In this document: piece by piece, positions 43,000 through 51,573 of the stretch
Layout of the letters: the number at the start of each line of letters is the position of its first letter
Numbering within the stretch: the first letter of the stretch is position 1
Assembly (NCBI GenBank): GCA_002753465.1
Contig: PEAF01000006.1
Span: forward strand, 1 to 59,232
Length of the DNA stretch: 59,232 bases
Direction: 5' to 3'
Origin: Candidatus Omnitrophota bacterium
Lineage (GTDB): Bacteria > Omnitrophota > Gorgyraeia > Zapsychrales > Fredricksoniimonadaceae
Notes under the pieces: generated by a model
Database searches by the model: none
Told to the model about the DNA's origin: nothing
The model's input: the letters and a program-made list of their open reading frames with translations, nothing else
Program-made: the position numbers and the translations under genes

Positions 43000-44481
43000 A
43001 TGGCCGGCATTTTATTGTCGGCAGTGCTTTTATCGTTCTGTTTTCCGTCCGGCGGGCTGTGGTGGCTGGCCTGGATCGCGTTTGTTCCTTTTATTATTGT
43101 TGTGCGTCGTTTGGATTGGAAAGTTTCCTTCAGAGCCGGCTATCTAGCCGGCTTTCTGTTTTTTGCCCTTACGCTTTTCTGGATCCATCATGTTACCTGG
43201 ATCGGGCTGCTTCTTTTATCAGCGTACCTGGCTTTGTATTGGGCGGTCTTTGCGTGCGCTGTTTCCTCGAGTGCAACATGGACGCTGGCACGCCGCGTTC
43301 TTTTCCTGTCAGCCGTATGGGCCGCCGGTGAGTACGTACGTGCCCAGGCGTTTACGGGTTTTGGCTGGGCATCTCTGGCGCACACTCAAAGTAACAATAT
43401 CCTTCTCATCCAATTTTCTGATATCACGGGCACCTACGGGGTTTCATTTGTCCTGATGGCCTTTAACGTGGTGGCGGCAGAGTGGGTGGCCCGTAAGGGC
43501 CGGGTGGATGTTCGTGGCCGCAGGGCAGCGTGGGCCGTTATTCTGGGTATGGCTTTGTTACTGGCTTATGGTATGGGACGTTTGTCGGCGCCGTCTTCAA
43601 CTTCGCGTGTGAGGGTTGCTTTGGTGCAGGGCAATATCTCTTTGGCTGATTATGCCGACCCGAATCTTAAGGATTATGTCGTTGAAAGGCATCTGGCGCT
43701 CAGCCGTCAGGCACTCGCGTATAAACCTGACCTTATTCTTTGGCCGGAAACATCATTTCCGCAATTCATCTGGGATCATCCGGAGCTTTTTGAAAAGGTG
43801 CGTGCCTTCGCGCGGGAGCATCATGTTAAGTTGATGCTGGGCGCTGTGACGCGTAGCGGTGAGCAGTATTTCAATACCGCGATCCTGATGAATGGATCTG
43901 GTGAAACTAAAGGGATGTACAGCAAGCAGCATTTGGTCATTCTGGGGGAGTACATTCCTTTTCGCCGGCAGCTTCCCTGGCTGGCGCGGTTTGTGCCCAT
44001 TGATGATTTTTCGCCGGGGGTCAGCCAGGTCCTTTTGGATGCCGGAGACCAGCGGCCTTTTGCGGCGCTCATTTGTTTTGAGGATACGATCCCCGCGCTG
44101 GCGCGCGCGGCGGTCAATGGCGGTGCGGGCTTTCTGGTTAATATCACCAATGATGGCTGGTTCGGCGCTTCGCGTCAGCCGGCCATGCATTTGGACAATG
44201 CGGTGTTTCGGGCCGTCGAAAATCGCGTGAGCCTGTTACGCGCCACTAATACCGGCGTGAGCTGCGGCATATTGCCGACGGGTGAAATCACGGGTTGTGT
44301 GGCGGATGGATCTGGCCCCAGGATCTTGGCCGAGGGCGTCAGTGTCGTTGATGTACCGTCCGGTCCGCCTCAAATGACGTTTTATAGAAAATTCGGAGAT
44401 ATTTTTGCAATGCTCTGTTTTGCCGTTATACTTAGTTTAATGCTTACAACGAAGTTCATCCGGGAGAATAAAGATGTCTGA
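43000..44481 (+). CDS. lnt: Apolipoprotein N-acyltransferase
   Basis: N-terminal multi-TM region plus a CN-hydrolase domain (LILWPETSFP, catalytic Cys in AALICFEDT). Trimmed from the track's 42946. Confidence 0.85.
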   Translation: MAGILLSAVLLSFCFPSGGLWWLAWIAFVPFIIVVRRLDWKVSFRAGYLAGFLFFALTLFWIHHVTWIGLLLLSAYLALYWAVFACAVSSSATWTLARRVLFLSAVWAAGEYVRAQAFTGFGWASLAHTQSNNILLIQFSDITGTYGVSFVLMAFNVVAAEWVARKGRVDVRGRRAAWAVILGMALLLAYGMGRLSAPSSTSRVRVALVQGNISLADYADPNLKDYVVERHLALSRQALAYKPDLILWPETSFPQFIWDHPELFEKVRAFAREHHVKLMLGAVTRSGEQYFNTAILMNGSGETKGMYSKQHLVILGEYIPFRRQLPWLARFVPIDDFSPGVSQVLLDAGDQRPFAALICFEDTIPALARAAVNGGAGFLVNITNDGWFGASRQPAMHLDNAVFRAVENRVSLLRATNTGVSCGILPTGEITGCVADGSGPRILAEGVSVVDVPSGPPQMTFYRKFGDIFAMLCFAVILSLMLTTKFIRENKDV

Positions 44482-44857
44482 TCATATGCGCGTTTATAAG
44501 ATCCTTATCATTGATGATGACAAGACGCTGCACGCCACGCTTAAGCCTGTTTTGGGAGCGAATGGCTTTGATATTGTTTCGGCTTATAGTGGTGAAGAAG
44601 GGCTGGAGCAGGTTTTGGCTGAGAAGCCGGATCTGATCTTGCTGGATGTGATCATGCCGGGGATCAAGGGGCGTGATGTGTGCCGTCGGTTGAAGGCTGA
44701 TCCTGTTACGGCGGATATCCCGGTTCTTTTTCTGACCGCCAAGAATTCCGATGATGATATACGTGCCGAGATCGATGCCGGCGCGGCGGGGCATATTACC
44801 AAGCCGGTTAATTCCATGCCGCTTGTACGTCAGATCAAAAAAACACTGGGCGTGTAA
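44474..44857 (+). CDS. Stand-alone response-regulator receiver domain (CheY-like)
   Basis: ILIIDDD ... DLILLDVIMPG ... VLFLTAK receiver motifs; 127 aa with no output domain. Confidence 0.85.
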   Translation: MSDHMRVYKILIIDDDKTLHATLKPVLGANGFDIVSAYSGEEGLEQVLAEKPDLILLDVIMPGIKGRDVCRRLKADPVTADIPVLFLTAKNSDDDIRAEIDAGAAGHITKPVNSMPLVRQIKKTLGV

Positions 44858-44872
44858 GTGCGCGGATGTTCC

Positions 44873-45754
44873 ATGGCGCATATTTTATTTAGTATCATTG
44901 TCTTCATTGTAAGGTTACTGCCCTATCCGTTGTACCGCCTTTTGGCCGCTCCCTTTGTTGGGGCGGCGTTTTTATTTTCCCGCAAATTACACCGGAATGC
45001 GTTCGAGAGCCTTACCATAGCCTTTGGCGATTCTTTGCCGGCACAAGAAAAGCGACGTATTGCCCGCGTCTCTTTTTTCAGCCTGGCATGGGGCTTGGTC
45101 GACCTGCTTTATTATATTGCCCGGCCGCAGGCCGCTAAAGGCCGCTTTGACGTGCAGGGGATGGAATATCTGGAACGTGCCCGTCAGGCGGGCAAGGGTG
45201 TGATCATGGTGGTGGCGCATTTGGGCCCGTTTGCGGCCATGCTGTCCAAATTCATCTGTGAAGGTTATCCGGTTAAAGTGGTCATGCATTCCTTACGCAG
45301 TAAGGCCTGGCGGCAGGAGTTGGTGGCACACCCTGAGATGCTTGTGCCTCAGCCGGTTTTCAGTGCGCCGCTGCGTGAATGCGTGGTCGAATGTTTCAGG
45401 GTTCTTAAAGCTAATGAGCTTTTAGTGATGCCCATCGACCAGAATTATGGCGGACCGGGCCGTGTATTCGTTGATTTCTTTGGGCGTAAGGCGGCCACAG
45501 CGGCCGGGCCTGCGGGATATGCGGTTAAGACAGGGGCGGCACTACTGACGGCTTTTGCGCGTCCGGTCAAGGCGGGCCATTGGAAGATCGTGGTTGAGCC
45601 TGTGGTGTGGGATGCGGCCATGGATGAGCGCTTGGCCGTCAGGCATTTGACCCAGGTGATGACTTCCCGTGTGGAGGCTGAAGCCAGGGCATTCCCCGAG
45701 GAGTGGTCATGGATGCATCGCCGCTGGAAGGCTGTTCCGAAAGAGAATGAATAA
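44873..45754 (+). CDS. LpxL/HtrB-type lysophospholipid (lipid A) acyltransferase family protein
   Basis: N-terminal TM helix and overall resemblance to late lipid A acyltransferases (GKGVIMVVAHLGPF..., PIDQNYG). Confidence 0.65.
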   Translation: MAHILFSIIVFIVRLLPYPLYRLLAAPFVGAAFLFSRKLHRNAFESLTIAFGDSLPAQEKRRIARVSFFSLAWGLVDLLYYIARPQAAKGRFDVQGMEYLERARQAGKGVIMVVAHLGPFAAMLSKFICEGYPVKVVMHSLRSKAWRQELVAHPEMLVPQPVFSAPLRECVVECFRVLKANELLVMPIDQNYGGPGRVFVDFFGRKAATAAGPAGYAVKTGAALLTAFARPVKAGHWKIVVEPVVWDAAMDERLAVRHLTQVMTSRVEAEARAFPEEWSWMHRRWKAVPKENE

Positions 45755-45773
45755 GACTAATTATGGAGTGCGT

Positions 45774-45950
45774 ATGCCTAAGAAAATTGTTTTCTTTGTT
45801 CTGGGGTTTGGTTTGCTCACGGCGGGGATTATTTTTACCCTGCGTGACTGGTTGTTCTTAGTGATGATCTTTCGCGGGGTTATCGGGCCTGTTTTGGCTG
45901 TCGGTGGATTGATCCTTCTTGCTCTGGTCAAGGGAGGTTTTAAAGATTGA
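45774..45950 (+). CDS. Small two-helix membrane protein (58 aa)
   Basis: MPKKIVFFVLGFGLLTAGIIFTL...GPVLAVGGLILLALV; GGAG upstream. Trimmed from the track's 45669. Confidence 0.4.
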   Translation: MPKKIVFFVLGFGLLTAGIIFTLRDWLFLVMIFRGVIGPVLAVGGLILLALVKGGFKD

Positions 45951-45981
45951 TTTGGACAAAGAACCTGCTTCAGGTATATTG

Positions 45982-46629
45982 ATGCCTATGATATTACGTC
46001 GACTGAAAAAATATTTTTTCTCGGGGCTTGCCGTTTTCCTGCCTTTATCCCTGGCGATCTATGTTTGCGTATGGCTGCTGAATTTTACCGAAAGCCTTCT
46101 AGGTAAGTATCTCAAGCCACTTTTCCTTGAGTATTATGATTTTTATTTCTGGGGCATAGGTATTGTTTGTCTTTTAGTTATTATCCTTTTTTGCGGGTTT
46201 GTGGTTACGCAGTATTTCGGGCGATTCCTGCATCGGGCTGCGGAACGCCTGGTGCTGAAAGTTCCGCTCTTGGGTACGATCTACCCGGCATTCAAAGAGA
46301 TCGCAGACTTTCTTTTCCGTGACAAGGCTAATCAGATCCAGCAGGTCGTGCTGGCGGAATGGCCATCGCCGGGTGTTTATATCCTCGGGTTTCTGACCAA
46401 TATGACATCGTCGAAAGTCTCCGACAAGGTTGGCTTGAAACTTTTGAATATCATGATCCCTCATGTCCCTAATCCTTTAACCGGCTTTGTCGTGATGCTT
46501 CCGGAGAACAGGGTAAAATTCCTGGATATATCTGTTGAAGAAGCTATGAAGATCATTGTTTCCGGAGGAGTTATTAATGGAGAAGCGTCTGTTAATGCTA
46601 AACAAGATGATGACCTCGACGCGCCGTAA
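45982..46629 (+). CDS. DUF502-family membrane protein
   Basis: Two N-terminal TM helices and the conserved IPHVPNPLTGFVVMLP motif typical of DUF502. Trimmed from the track's 45919. Confidence 0.7.
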   Translation: MPMILRRLKKYFFSGLAVFLPLSLAIYVCVWLLNFTESLLGKYLKPLFLEYYDFYFWGIGIVCLLVIILFCGFVVTQYFGRFLHRAAERLVLKVPLLGTIYPAFKEIADFLFRDKANQIQQVVLAEWPSPGVYILGFLTNMTSSKVSDKVGLKLLNIMIPHVPNPLTGFVVMLPENRVKFLDISVEEAMKIIVSGGVINGEASVNAKQDDDLDAP

Positions 46630-47284
46630 TTGCCCGCCCATTAAACTTGTTATCTTCGATCTTGATGGCACGCTGGTCGATGCTTTCCCTGCGATCGCGG
46701 ACAGCATCAATCATATGCTGCTCAAGATGGGCTATCCCAAACAATCCTTGCGCGTGGTTAAGCGTGCGGTGGGCTGGGGGGTCGATTCGCTGGTCAATTC
46801 CTTCGTCCTGGAGAAGGAACGGGAAGAGGCGCTTGCTCTTTTTCGCGCCCACCATGATGTGCGTTTGCGCAAGAAAATAAAAGTTCTGCCGGGAGTCAAG
46901 GCCCTGCTGCCGTTCTTAAGGAAGCATGGGTGTATCTTGGCGGTGGCCAGCAACCGGCCGGAGAAATTCTGCCGTATCATCCTTAAGGCTGTCGGGCTGG
47001 ACCAATATTTTGATCATATTGTCTGCGGTGACATGGTCAAGCGGCCCAAGCCGGCGCCGGAGATGGTCAATGTTATTTTACGTAAGAGCCGTGTCCAGGC
47101 TGCCGAGGCTGTCTTTGTCGGCGACATGACCGTGGATGTGGCGTGCGGCCGCGCCGCGGGCGTTATGACGGTGGCTGTGACGACCGGATCGTGTACGGTC
47201 AAGGAATTGAAAGCCGGGAAGCCTGATGTCCTGGCCAGGCGCATTAGTGATGTGCGCAAGTTATGGCACTCTCAGAAATCCTGA
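46595..47284 (+). CDS. HAD-superfamily hydrolase (phosphoglycolate phosphatase-like)
   Basis: Motif I FDLDGTLVD, motif II ASNRP, motif IV FVGDMTVDV. The start is ambiguous (ATGs at 46577, 46595, 46607). Confidence 0.8.
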   Translation: MLNKMMTSTRRNCPPIKLVIFDLDGTLVDAFPAIADSINHMLLKMGYPKQSLRVVKRAVGWGVDSLVNSFVLEKEREEALALFRAHHDVRLRKKIKVLPGVKALLPFLRKHGCILAVASNRPEKFCRIILKAVGLDQYFDHIVCGDMVKRPKPAPEMVNVILRKSRVQAAEAVFVGDMTVDVACGRAAGVMTVAVTTGSCTVKELKAGKPDVLARRISDVRKLWHSQKS

Positions 47285-47349
47285 TTTTTGCTTCGCATAA
47301 GTTTTGACTGTGATAAAATTACTTTATTCAATTATCAGATAGGACTTAT

Positions 47350-47739
47350 ATGTTACGTCAAAAGATCTCCGCCGTCGTTGTCGCCTTGATCCTGGCATTC
47401 TCTGTCAGCGGGTGCGTGATGCTTGCCGTTGGCGCTGCCGGCGTTGTGGGCGGTTATGTCATAAGCCCTGACACGGTTGAAGGTACGGTGACGCGATCAA
47501 CAGATGATGTGTGGAATACGGCTAAAGAGATCACCGGGATCATGGGTCAGGTGAGTGAAGAGAATGCTTCGCAGGGTGTTTTGATCGCCAATATTAATGC
47601 CGCGCGCGTGACCATAACGCTTATATCTATCAATTCGACAACAACCAAACTTACGGTTAAAGCCCGTAAGGCTTTCATGCCCAAGATCGATCTGGCCCAG
47701 GATGTTTACGGGAAGATCGTTAATGGTATCAATCGGTAA
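47350..47739 (+). CDS. Small lipoprotein (DUF3568-like)
   Basis: Lipobox FSVSGC at residues ~17-22; 129 aa. Confidence 0.6.
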   Translation: MLRQKISAVVVALILAFSVSGCVMLAVGAAGVVGGYVISPDTVEGTVTRSTDDVWNTAKEITGIMGQVSEENASQGVLIANINAARVTITLISINSTTTKLTVKARKAFMPKIDLAQDVYGKIVNGINR

Positions 47740-47774
47740 AATCGGCCCGCGCGCTCCCTCTCGGATTTTTTAAT

Positions 47775-47802
47775 TTGACAACAGGACGTCTTTATATAAA
47801 AT
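47775..47802 (+). promoter_or_regulatory. Sigma70-like promoter candidate for tRNA-Phe
   Basis: TTGACA (47775-47780), 16-nt spacer, TAAAAT (47797-47802). Confidence 0.4.
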
Positions 47803-47854
47803 AGCTCTTCTTGTAGCGGCATTTTTTACTGATTCTTGAATACGATACATTTTC

Positions 47855-47927
47855 GCCGAGATAGCTCAGTTGGTAGAGCGAAGGACTGAAAATCCTTGCG
47901 TCACCAGTTCAACTCTGGTTCTCGGCA
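47855..47927 (+). tRNA. tRNA-Phe (anticodon GAA)
   Basis: Hand-folded cloverleaf: acceptor GCCGAGA/TCTCGGC, D arm GCTC-AGTTGGTA-GAGC, anticodon arm AAGGA-CTGAAAA-TCCTT, T arm ACCAG-TTCAACT-CTGGT. 73 nt, CCA not encoded. Confidence 0.9.
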
Positions 47928-47942
47928 CTTTTCTTAGCGGGT

Positions 47943-47970
47943 AGCCCTAGCCTTTGGCTAGGGCTTTTTG
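47943..47970 (+). terminator. Rho-independent terminator after tRNA-Phe
   Basis: Perfect 10-bp stem AGCCCTAGCC / GGCTAGGGCT with a TTT loop, followed by TTTTT. Confidence 0.65.
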
Positions 47971-48104
47971 CTATATTAAAAAAGTGCCGGTTGATTGCCT
48001 TCTAGGAAAATATTGTGGAAGCAATCAATCGGCATAAACTTATCTTTATAAAAGTACAGTGGAAAGCATTGGATCGGCAGTAGCTAGTGTTGAGGCTTTT
48101 AGCT

Positions 48105-48150
48105 AGGACTGTCTGAGCCACAGGGCATGAACAAGGGCTATAGCTTGTCG
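48105..48150 (-). repeat. Half copy of the family-B element (5' arm only, inverted orientation)
   Basis: The reverse complement matches 13403-13448 at 44 of 46 positions (CGACAAGCTATAGCCCTTGTTCATGCCCTGTGGCTCAGACAGTCCT). No complementary 3' arm (GTTCATGCCCT on the plus strand) was found in the neighbouring 170 nt. Confidence 0.55.
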
Positions 48151-48210
48151 AATGTGATCACCCATGAATACAGGTCGAAGCTCTTGAGCGTGCGTTATAT
48201 GTGCTAGAGA

Positions 48211-48239
48211 TTGAATCCGCAGCTTTATGGTGCTATATT
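48211..48239 (+). promoter_or_regulatory. Sigma70-like promoter candidate
   Basis: TTGAAT (48211-48216), 17-nt spacer ending in TGC, TATATT (48234-48239). Confidence 0.4.
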
Positions 48240-48256
48240 CGTGACGAGGTGGGAAA

Positions 48257-48571
48257 ATGAAGAAATGCCCTTTTTGTGCAGAAGAGATACAGGACGCGGC
48301 GGTTAAATGCCGTTTTTGCAATGAGTTCCTTGACGGGAAATACAAGCCGCATACAGATGTGCGTCCCTGGCATTTTCGTAACAGCACTGTTATTATCGCG
48401 GTCCTTTCTGTCTTTGCGATAGCCTTGCCGCTGGTATGGTTTAATCCGTATTACAGCCGCAAACTAAAAGTCATTGTCACGCTCATTGTTTCGGTGGCGA
48501 GTTATTACATCTGGCAGGCCATGGCGCATACGATGCAGGCGATGGATGCTATGATGAAGCAGATGATGTAG
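48257..48571 (+). CDS. Zinc-ribbon membrane protein (104 aa)
   Basis: CPFCAEE...CRFCNE zinc ribbon followed by two TM helices; GAGGTG Shine-Dalgarno. Confidence 0.6.
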   Translation: MKKCPFCAEEIQDAAVKCRFCNEFLDGKYKPHTDVRPWHFRNSTVIIAVLSVFAIALPLVWFNPYYSRKLKVIVTLIVSVASYYIWQAMAHTMQAMDAMMKQMM

Positions 48572-48612
48572 GGTTCGGGTTTCATCTAATTTTGTGTGTT
48601 ATACTTTCTTCC

Positions 48613-49224
48613 ATGCCCAGACAAAAGATCCTAGTAGTTGAAGATGAATTTGATGTGTGCAGCGTGCTGCAGTCTTTCTTCGGCAAACGCGGCTATGATG
48701 TTTCTGTGACGGCCAGCGGCGCTGAAGCGCTGCGCATGATCCCTGCCCTTAAACCTGATATTGTGCTTTTAGATATCACCCTGGAAGAAATGAACGGCCT
48801 TGAGGTCCTGGAGAAGTTGCGCGCCTGCGACGACCGGGTCAAGATCGTGATCATGACGGGCCAGGTCTTGCAGGATAAGACCATCCGTGATGTGCGTGCG
48901 ATGGGTGTTATCGAGTACCTTCAAAAGCCGCTGGTCCTTTCCCGGCTGGAATCTATAGTTGTTAAAGCTTTGGGTGGAGAGGTTGTGCCTGTGGCTGATC
49001 CGGCCTTGGCATCCCCGGCGGATGCGGGTCCTTTGAGTGTGCGTGTGCACAAGATCGTTGATCTTTTAGGGACCATCCGCGTTCAGTGCGAGAATTATGT
49101 GCTGGACGCTGAAAAAGGTTACTATGAGGAAAAGCCGCTTGAAAGTCAGCGCGCCTCATCACTCGAGGTTATGAAAAATGTGGTCGCCAAGGTCGATGAG
49201 ATCGTGCAGCATTTTGAACGCTGA
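48613..49224 (+). CDS. Response regulator: receiver domain plus an uncharacterised ~80-aa C-terminal region
   Basis: ILVVEDEFD ... DIVLLDITLEEMNG ... KIVIMTG receiver motifs. Trimmed from the track's 48592. Confidence 0.8.
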   Translation: MPRQKILVVEDEFDVCSVLQSFFGKRGYDVSVTASGAEALRMIPALKPDIVLLDITLEEMNGLEVLEKLRACDDRVKIVIMTGQVLQDKTIRDVRAMGVIEYLQKPLVLSRLESIVVKALGGEVVPVADPALASPADAGPLSVRVHKIVDLLGTIRVQCENYVLDAEKGYYEEKPLESQRASSLEVMKNVVAKVDEIVQHFER

Positions 49225-49234
49225 TAAAACATGC

Positions 49235-49263
49235 TTTACATCCCCTGTGAAATTTGATATAAA
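49235..49263 (+). promoter_or_regulatory. Sigma70-like promoter candidate for tRNA-Thr
   Basis: TTTACA (49235-49240), 17-nt spacer ending in TGA, TATAAA (49258-49263). Confidence 0.4.
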
Positions 49264-49315
49264 AAGAACCTTTCGTAGGCCTGTTCTTTGCGATTTTTGA
49301 TCTTTTCGTGATTTA

Positions 49316-49388
49316 CGCCGATGTAGCTCAGTTGGTAGAGCAGCGCATTCGTAATGCGCAGGTCGGAGGTTCAACCCCTCTCGTCGGC
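49316..49388 (+). tRNA. tRNA-Thr (anticodon CGT)
   Basis: Hand-folded cloverleaf: acceptor GCCGATG/CGTCGGC (one G-U pair), D arm GCTC-AGTTGGTA-GAGC, anticodon arm GCGCA-TTCGTAA-TGCGC, T arm GGAGG-TTCAACC-CCTCT. 73 nt. Confidence 0.9.
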
Positions 49389-49395
49389 TTATATT
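49371..49395 (+). repeat. 25-bp direct repeat, copy 1 (T-loop to 3' end of tRNA-Thr plus 7 nt)
   Basis: CAACCCCTCTCGTCGGCTTATATTT, identical to 49507-49531. Confidence 0.9.
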
Positions 49396-49506
49396 TTTTA
49401 TACTCGTAAGGGGGTTGAACTGAGCCCCGCTGGATGCGACGAGTAGGAGCATCCTTAAGGCGGGGCGAATGTCTGACCCGCAAGGAGCGAAGCGACTGAA
49501 GGGCAA
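49396..49506 (+). other. 111-nt structured insert between the two tRNA-Thr 3'-end repeats (element D)
   Basis: Hairpin CCCCGC (49424-49429) ... GCGGGG (49460-49465) enclosing GGATGC/GCATCC. GGGGGTTG (49409-49416) is complementary to CAACCCCT in both repeat copies. Contains AATGTCTGACC, which resembles the reverse complement of the family-A/B loop motif. Confidence 0.4.
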
Positions 49507-49531
49507 CAACCCCTCTCGTCGGCTTATATTT
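49507..49531 (+). repeat. 25-bp direct repeat, copy 2
   Basis: CAACCCCTCTCGTCGGCTTATATTT, identical to 49371-49395. Confidence 0.9.
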
Positions 49532-49545
49532 AATTTCTTGATCTG

Positions 49546-49575
49546 GGCTGATGAAACAAATTCATCAGCCTTTTT
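49546..49575 (+). terminator. Rho-independent terminator closing the tRNA-Thr unit
   Basis: Perfect 10-bp stem GGCTGATGAA / TTCATCAGCC with an ACAAA loop, followed by TTTTT. Confidence 0.65.
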
Positions 49576-49641
49576 CATTGATCCCGTGATCCACCTTTCC
49601 TGAAAAGATCGTTTAAGCAGCATTCAATTTTTCCCTTATGG

Positions 49642-49650
49642 TGGTATAAT
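49642..49650 (+). promoter_or_regulatory. Extended -10 box (TGgTATAAT) ending 8 nt before ATG 49659 (leaderless candidate)
   Basis: TGGTATAAT at 49642-49650, then CACTGCCT and ATG; no Shine-Dalgarno. Confidence 0.35.
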
Positions 49651-49658
49651 CACTGCCT

Positions 49659-50936
49659 ATGGGATTCAGGGCTAACTTTCAAAACCGCAGTTTCTTACTT
49701 TTCTGGCTGGCACAGCTGGTGTCACAGTTCGGTGACCGCATCAATCAGATGGCGCTTGTAGGCCTTGTGGCGGGGCGTCAGTTCGGCACAGCCTCAACCA
49801 TGGAGTTGGCCAAGCTCCTGGCTTTTACGATCATCCCGGTGTTCATTGTCGGGCCCATTGCCGGCGTTTATGTGGACCGCTGGGACCGCAAGATGACCCT
49901 TTTTGTATGCGACCTGATCCGTGGCGTTTTGATCCTGACCATCCCGTTCGTTTTTATCGCGCAGCATTCGATGATCCCTATCTATATCATTGTTTTCCTG
50001 GCCTTTTGCCTGAGCCGTTTCTATGTGCCGGCCAAAATGTCCATTATCCCCGAGATCGTGCCGCCGGAGCATTTGCATGTGGCTAATTCACTGGCTACGG
50101 TGACGGGTATGATCGCTTTTGTGATGGGCGCCTGGCTGGGCGGGCTTATCGTGGAGTACGGCGGTGCGCGCGGCGGGTTCTTGTGCGACGCCATCACATT
50201 CTTTATTTCAGCGCTGCTGGTCTCTTTTATCACACGGGACCGTCAAAAACAGATCCTCAAGCCGGACGAGATCATTGCCACGGGCAGGGAGATGGCCGGC
50301 GCGTATAAGAATCTTATGCAAGAGATCTGGGACGGGGTCAGGTACATCATGGCCCACCGGGATATCCGCTATATTATCAACCTCATGATGGTGCTGTTCA
50401 TGGCCGTCGGCGCGATCTATGTGGTCATCATTGTTTTCATCCAGTCGACCTTTGGCAGCGTGACCAAGCATTTGGGTTTTCTGGCGGTGGGTTTGGGTGC
50501 CGGGCTTTTCCTGGGCAGCCTTGCTTATGGCCGTTGGGGCAAGAAAAGGAATAATATTGAAACGATATTCGCCTGCCTGATCATGGGGGGCGTGATGGTC
50601 ACGGTCTTTGCGTTCACGGTCGAATCCTTTAAAAGTATATGGCTCGCGCAGGGCCTGGCGGTCATTCTGGGCGCGGTGGTCGGGCCGATCGTTATATCGG
50701 CTAATACGGTCGTCCATAAGGTGGCGACGACGGAGATGCAGGGCAAGGTTTTCAGCGCCATGGAATTTGCCATCCACCTTGCATTCTTGGTCATGATGCT
50801 GGCCAGCTCCAAGCTTTCTGAGTTTGTACCGCATGCCTGGATCCTGATGGGCGTGGGTGTTGTTTTTTGTGGCGTGGGCACGTGGGGTATGTGGCGCTGC
50901 CGTCAAAGTGGATTTTTAACCGAGGGAGCCGCATGA
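49659..50936 (+). CDS. Major facilitator superfamily transporter
   Basis: About 12 TM helices and the MFS loop motif GVYVDRWDRKMT between TM2 and TM3. Confidence 0.85.
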   Translation: MGFRANFQNRSFLLFWLAQLVSQFGDRINQMALVGLVAGRQFGTASTMELAKLLAFTIIPVFIVGPIAGVYVDRWDRKMTLFVCDLIRGVLILTIPFVFIAQHSMIPIYIIVFLAFCLSRFYVPAKMSIIPEIVPPEHLHVANSLATVTGMIAFVMGAWLGGLIVEYGGARGGFLCDAITFFISALLVSFITRDRQKQILKPDEIIATGREMAGAYKNLMQEIWDGVRYIMAHRDIRYIINLMMVLFMAVGAIYVVIIVFIQSTFGSVTKHLGFLAVGLGAGLFLGSLAYGRWGKKRNNIETIFACLIMGGVMVTVFAFTVESFKSIWLAQGLAVILGAVVGPIVISANTVVHKVATTEMQGKVFSAMEFAIHLAFLVMMLASSKLSEFVPHAWILMGVGVVFCGVGTWGMWRCRQSGFLTEGAA

Positions 50937-51532
50937 ACTTTGCTGTTTTAGTTTCGGGTAATGGTAGTAATCTTCAGGCGATCATCGAGGCAGCCAAGAA
51001 AGGCAAGATCAAAGGCGATCTTAAGCTGGTTCTTTCTGACAGAGCCGATGCCTTCGCGCTGACGCGGGCTGAGAAAGCTGGCGTCCGGTCGGTAGTTGTC
51101 GACCTGAAAGATCATGCATCGCGTGAAGCCTTTGATGAAGCCGTGGTCAAGGTCCTTAAGAAAGAGAATATTCAGCTGGTCGTGCTGGCTGGCTTTATGC
51201 GTATCCTGAGCCCTGCTTTCATCAAGGCGTTCAAGAACAGCATTATTAATATTCATCCGTCATTGCTGCCGGCGTTCAAGGGTGGCCATGCCATTAAGGA
51301 TGCGCTTGAATACGGGGCGCTGATCACCGGTGTTACCGTGCATTTTGTGGATGAAGAGATTGACCATGGCGCGATCATCGCCCAGGCGCCGATCGAAATT
51401 GACCCAAGAGATACGATGGATAGTCTGTCCAAGCGTATTCACGAGGCTGAGCATGCGCTTTATCCTAAGGTGATCGATCTGTTCCTGAAGGGTAGATTGA
51501 AGATCTCTGGCCGTAAGGTTCGCATTAGTTAA
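50933..51532 (+). CDS. purN: Phosphoribosylglycinamide formyltransferase
   Basis: MNFAVLVSGNGSNLQAII and INIHPSLLPAFKG motifs. The ATG overlaps the MFS stop (ATGA). Trimmed from the track's 50867. Confidence 0.9.
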   Translation: MNFAVLVSGNGSNLQAIIEAAKKGKIKGDLKLVLSDRADAFALTRAEKAGVRSVVVDLKDHASREAFDEAVVKVLKKENIQLVVLAGFMRILSPAFIKAFKNSIINIHPSLLPAFKGGHAIKDALEYGALITGVTVHFVDEEIDHGAIIAQAPIEIDPRDTMDSLSKRIHEAEHALYPKVIDLFLKGRLKISGRKVRIS

Positions 51533-51573
51533 TTAATGTGCAGGGGCTGAGGCGGTGTCCGCCCGCGTCAGGA

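Noticed and set aside
42942-43331. Alternative 129-aa frame at the secA-lnt junction
   Set aside because: The overlapping frame starting at ATG 43000 gives a full-length Lnt with typical TM helices and a CN-hydrolase domain. The 129-aa frame has no support.
49371-49531. Possible CRISPR-like repeat-spacer unit
   Set aside because: There are only two copies of the 25-bp repeat. The repeat is the tRNA-Thr 3' end, and no further repeats or cas genes occur in the window.
49159-49623. Minus-strand ORF of 154 aa
   Set aside because: It runs antisense across tRNA-Thr, the 25-bp repeats and a strong terminator hairpin. No ribosome-binding site is present and the translation is implausible. It is an artefact of a stop-poor structured region.
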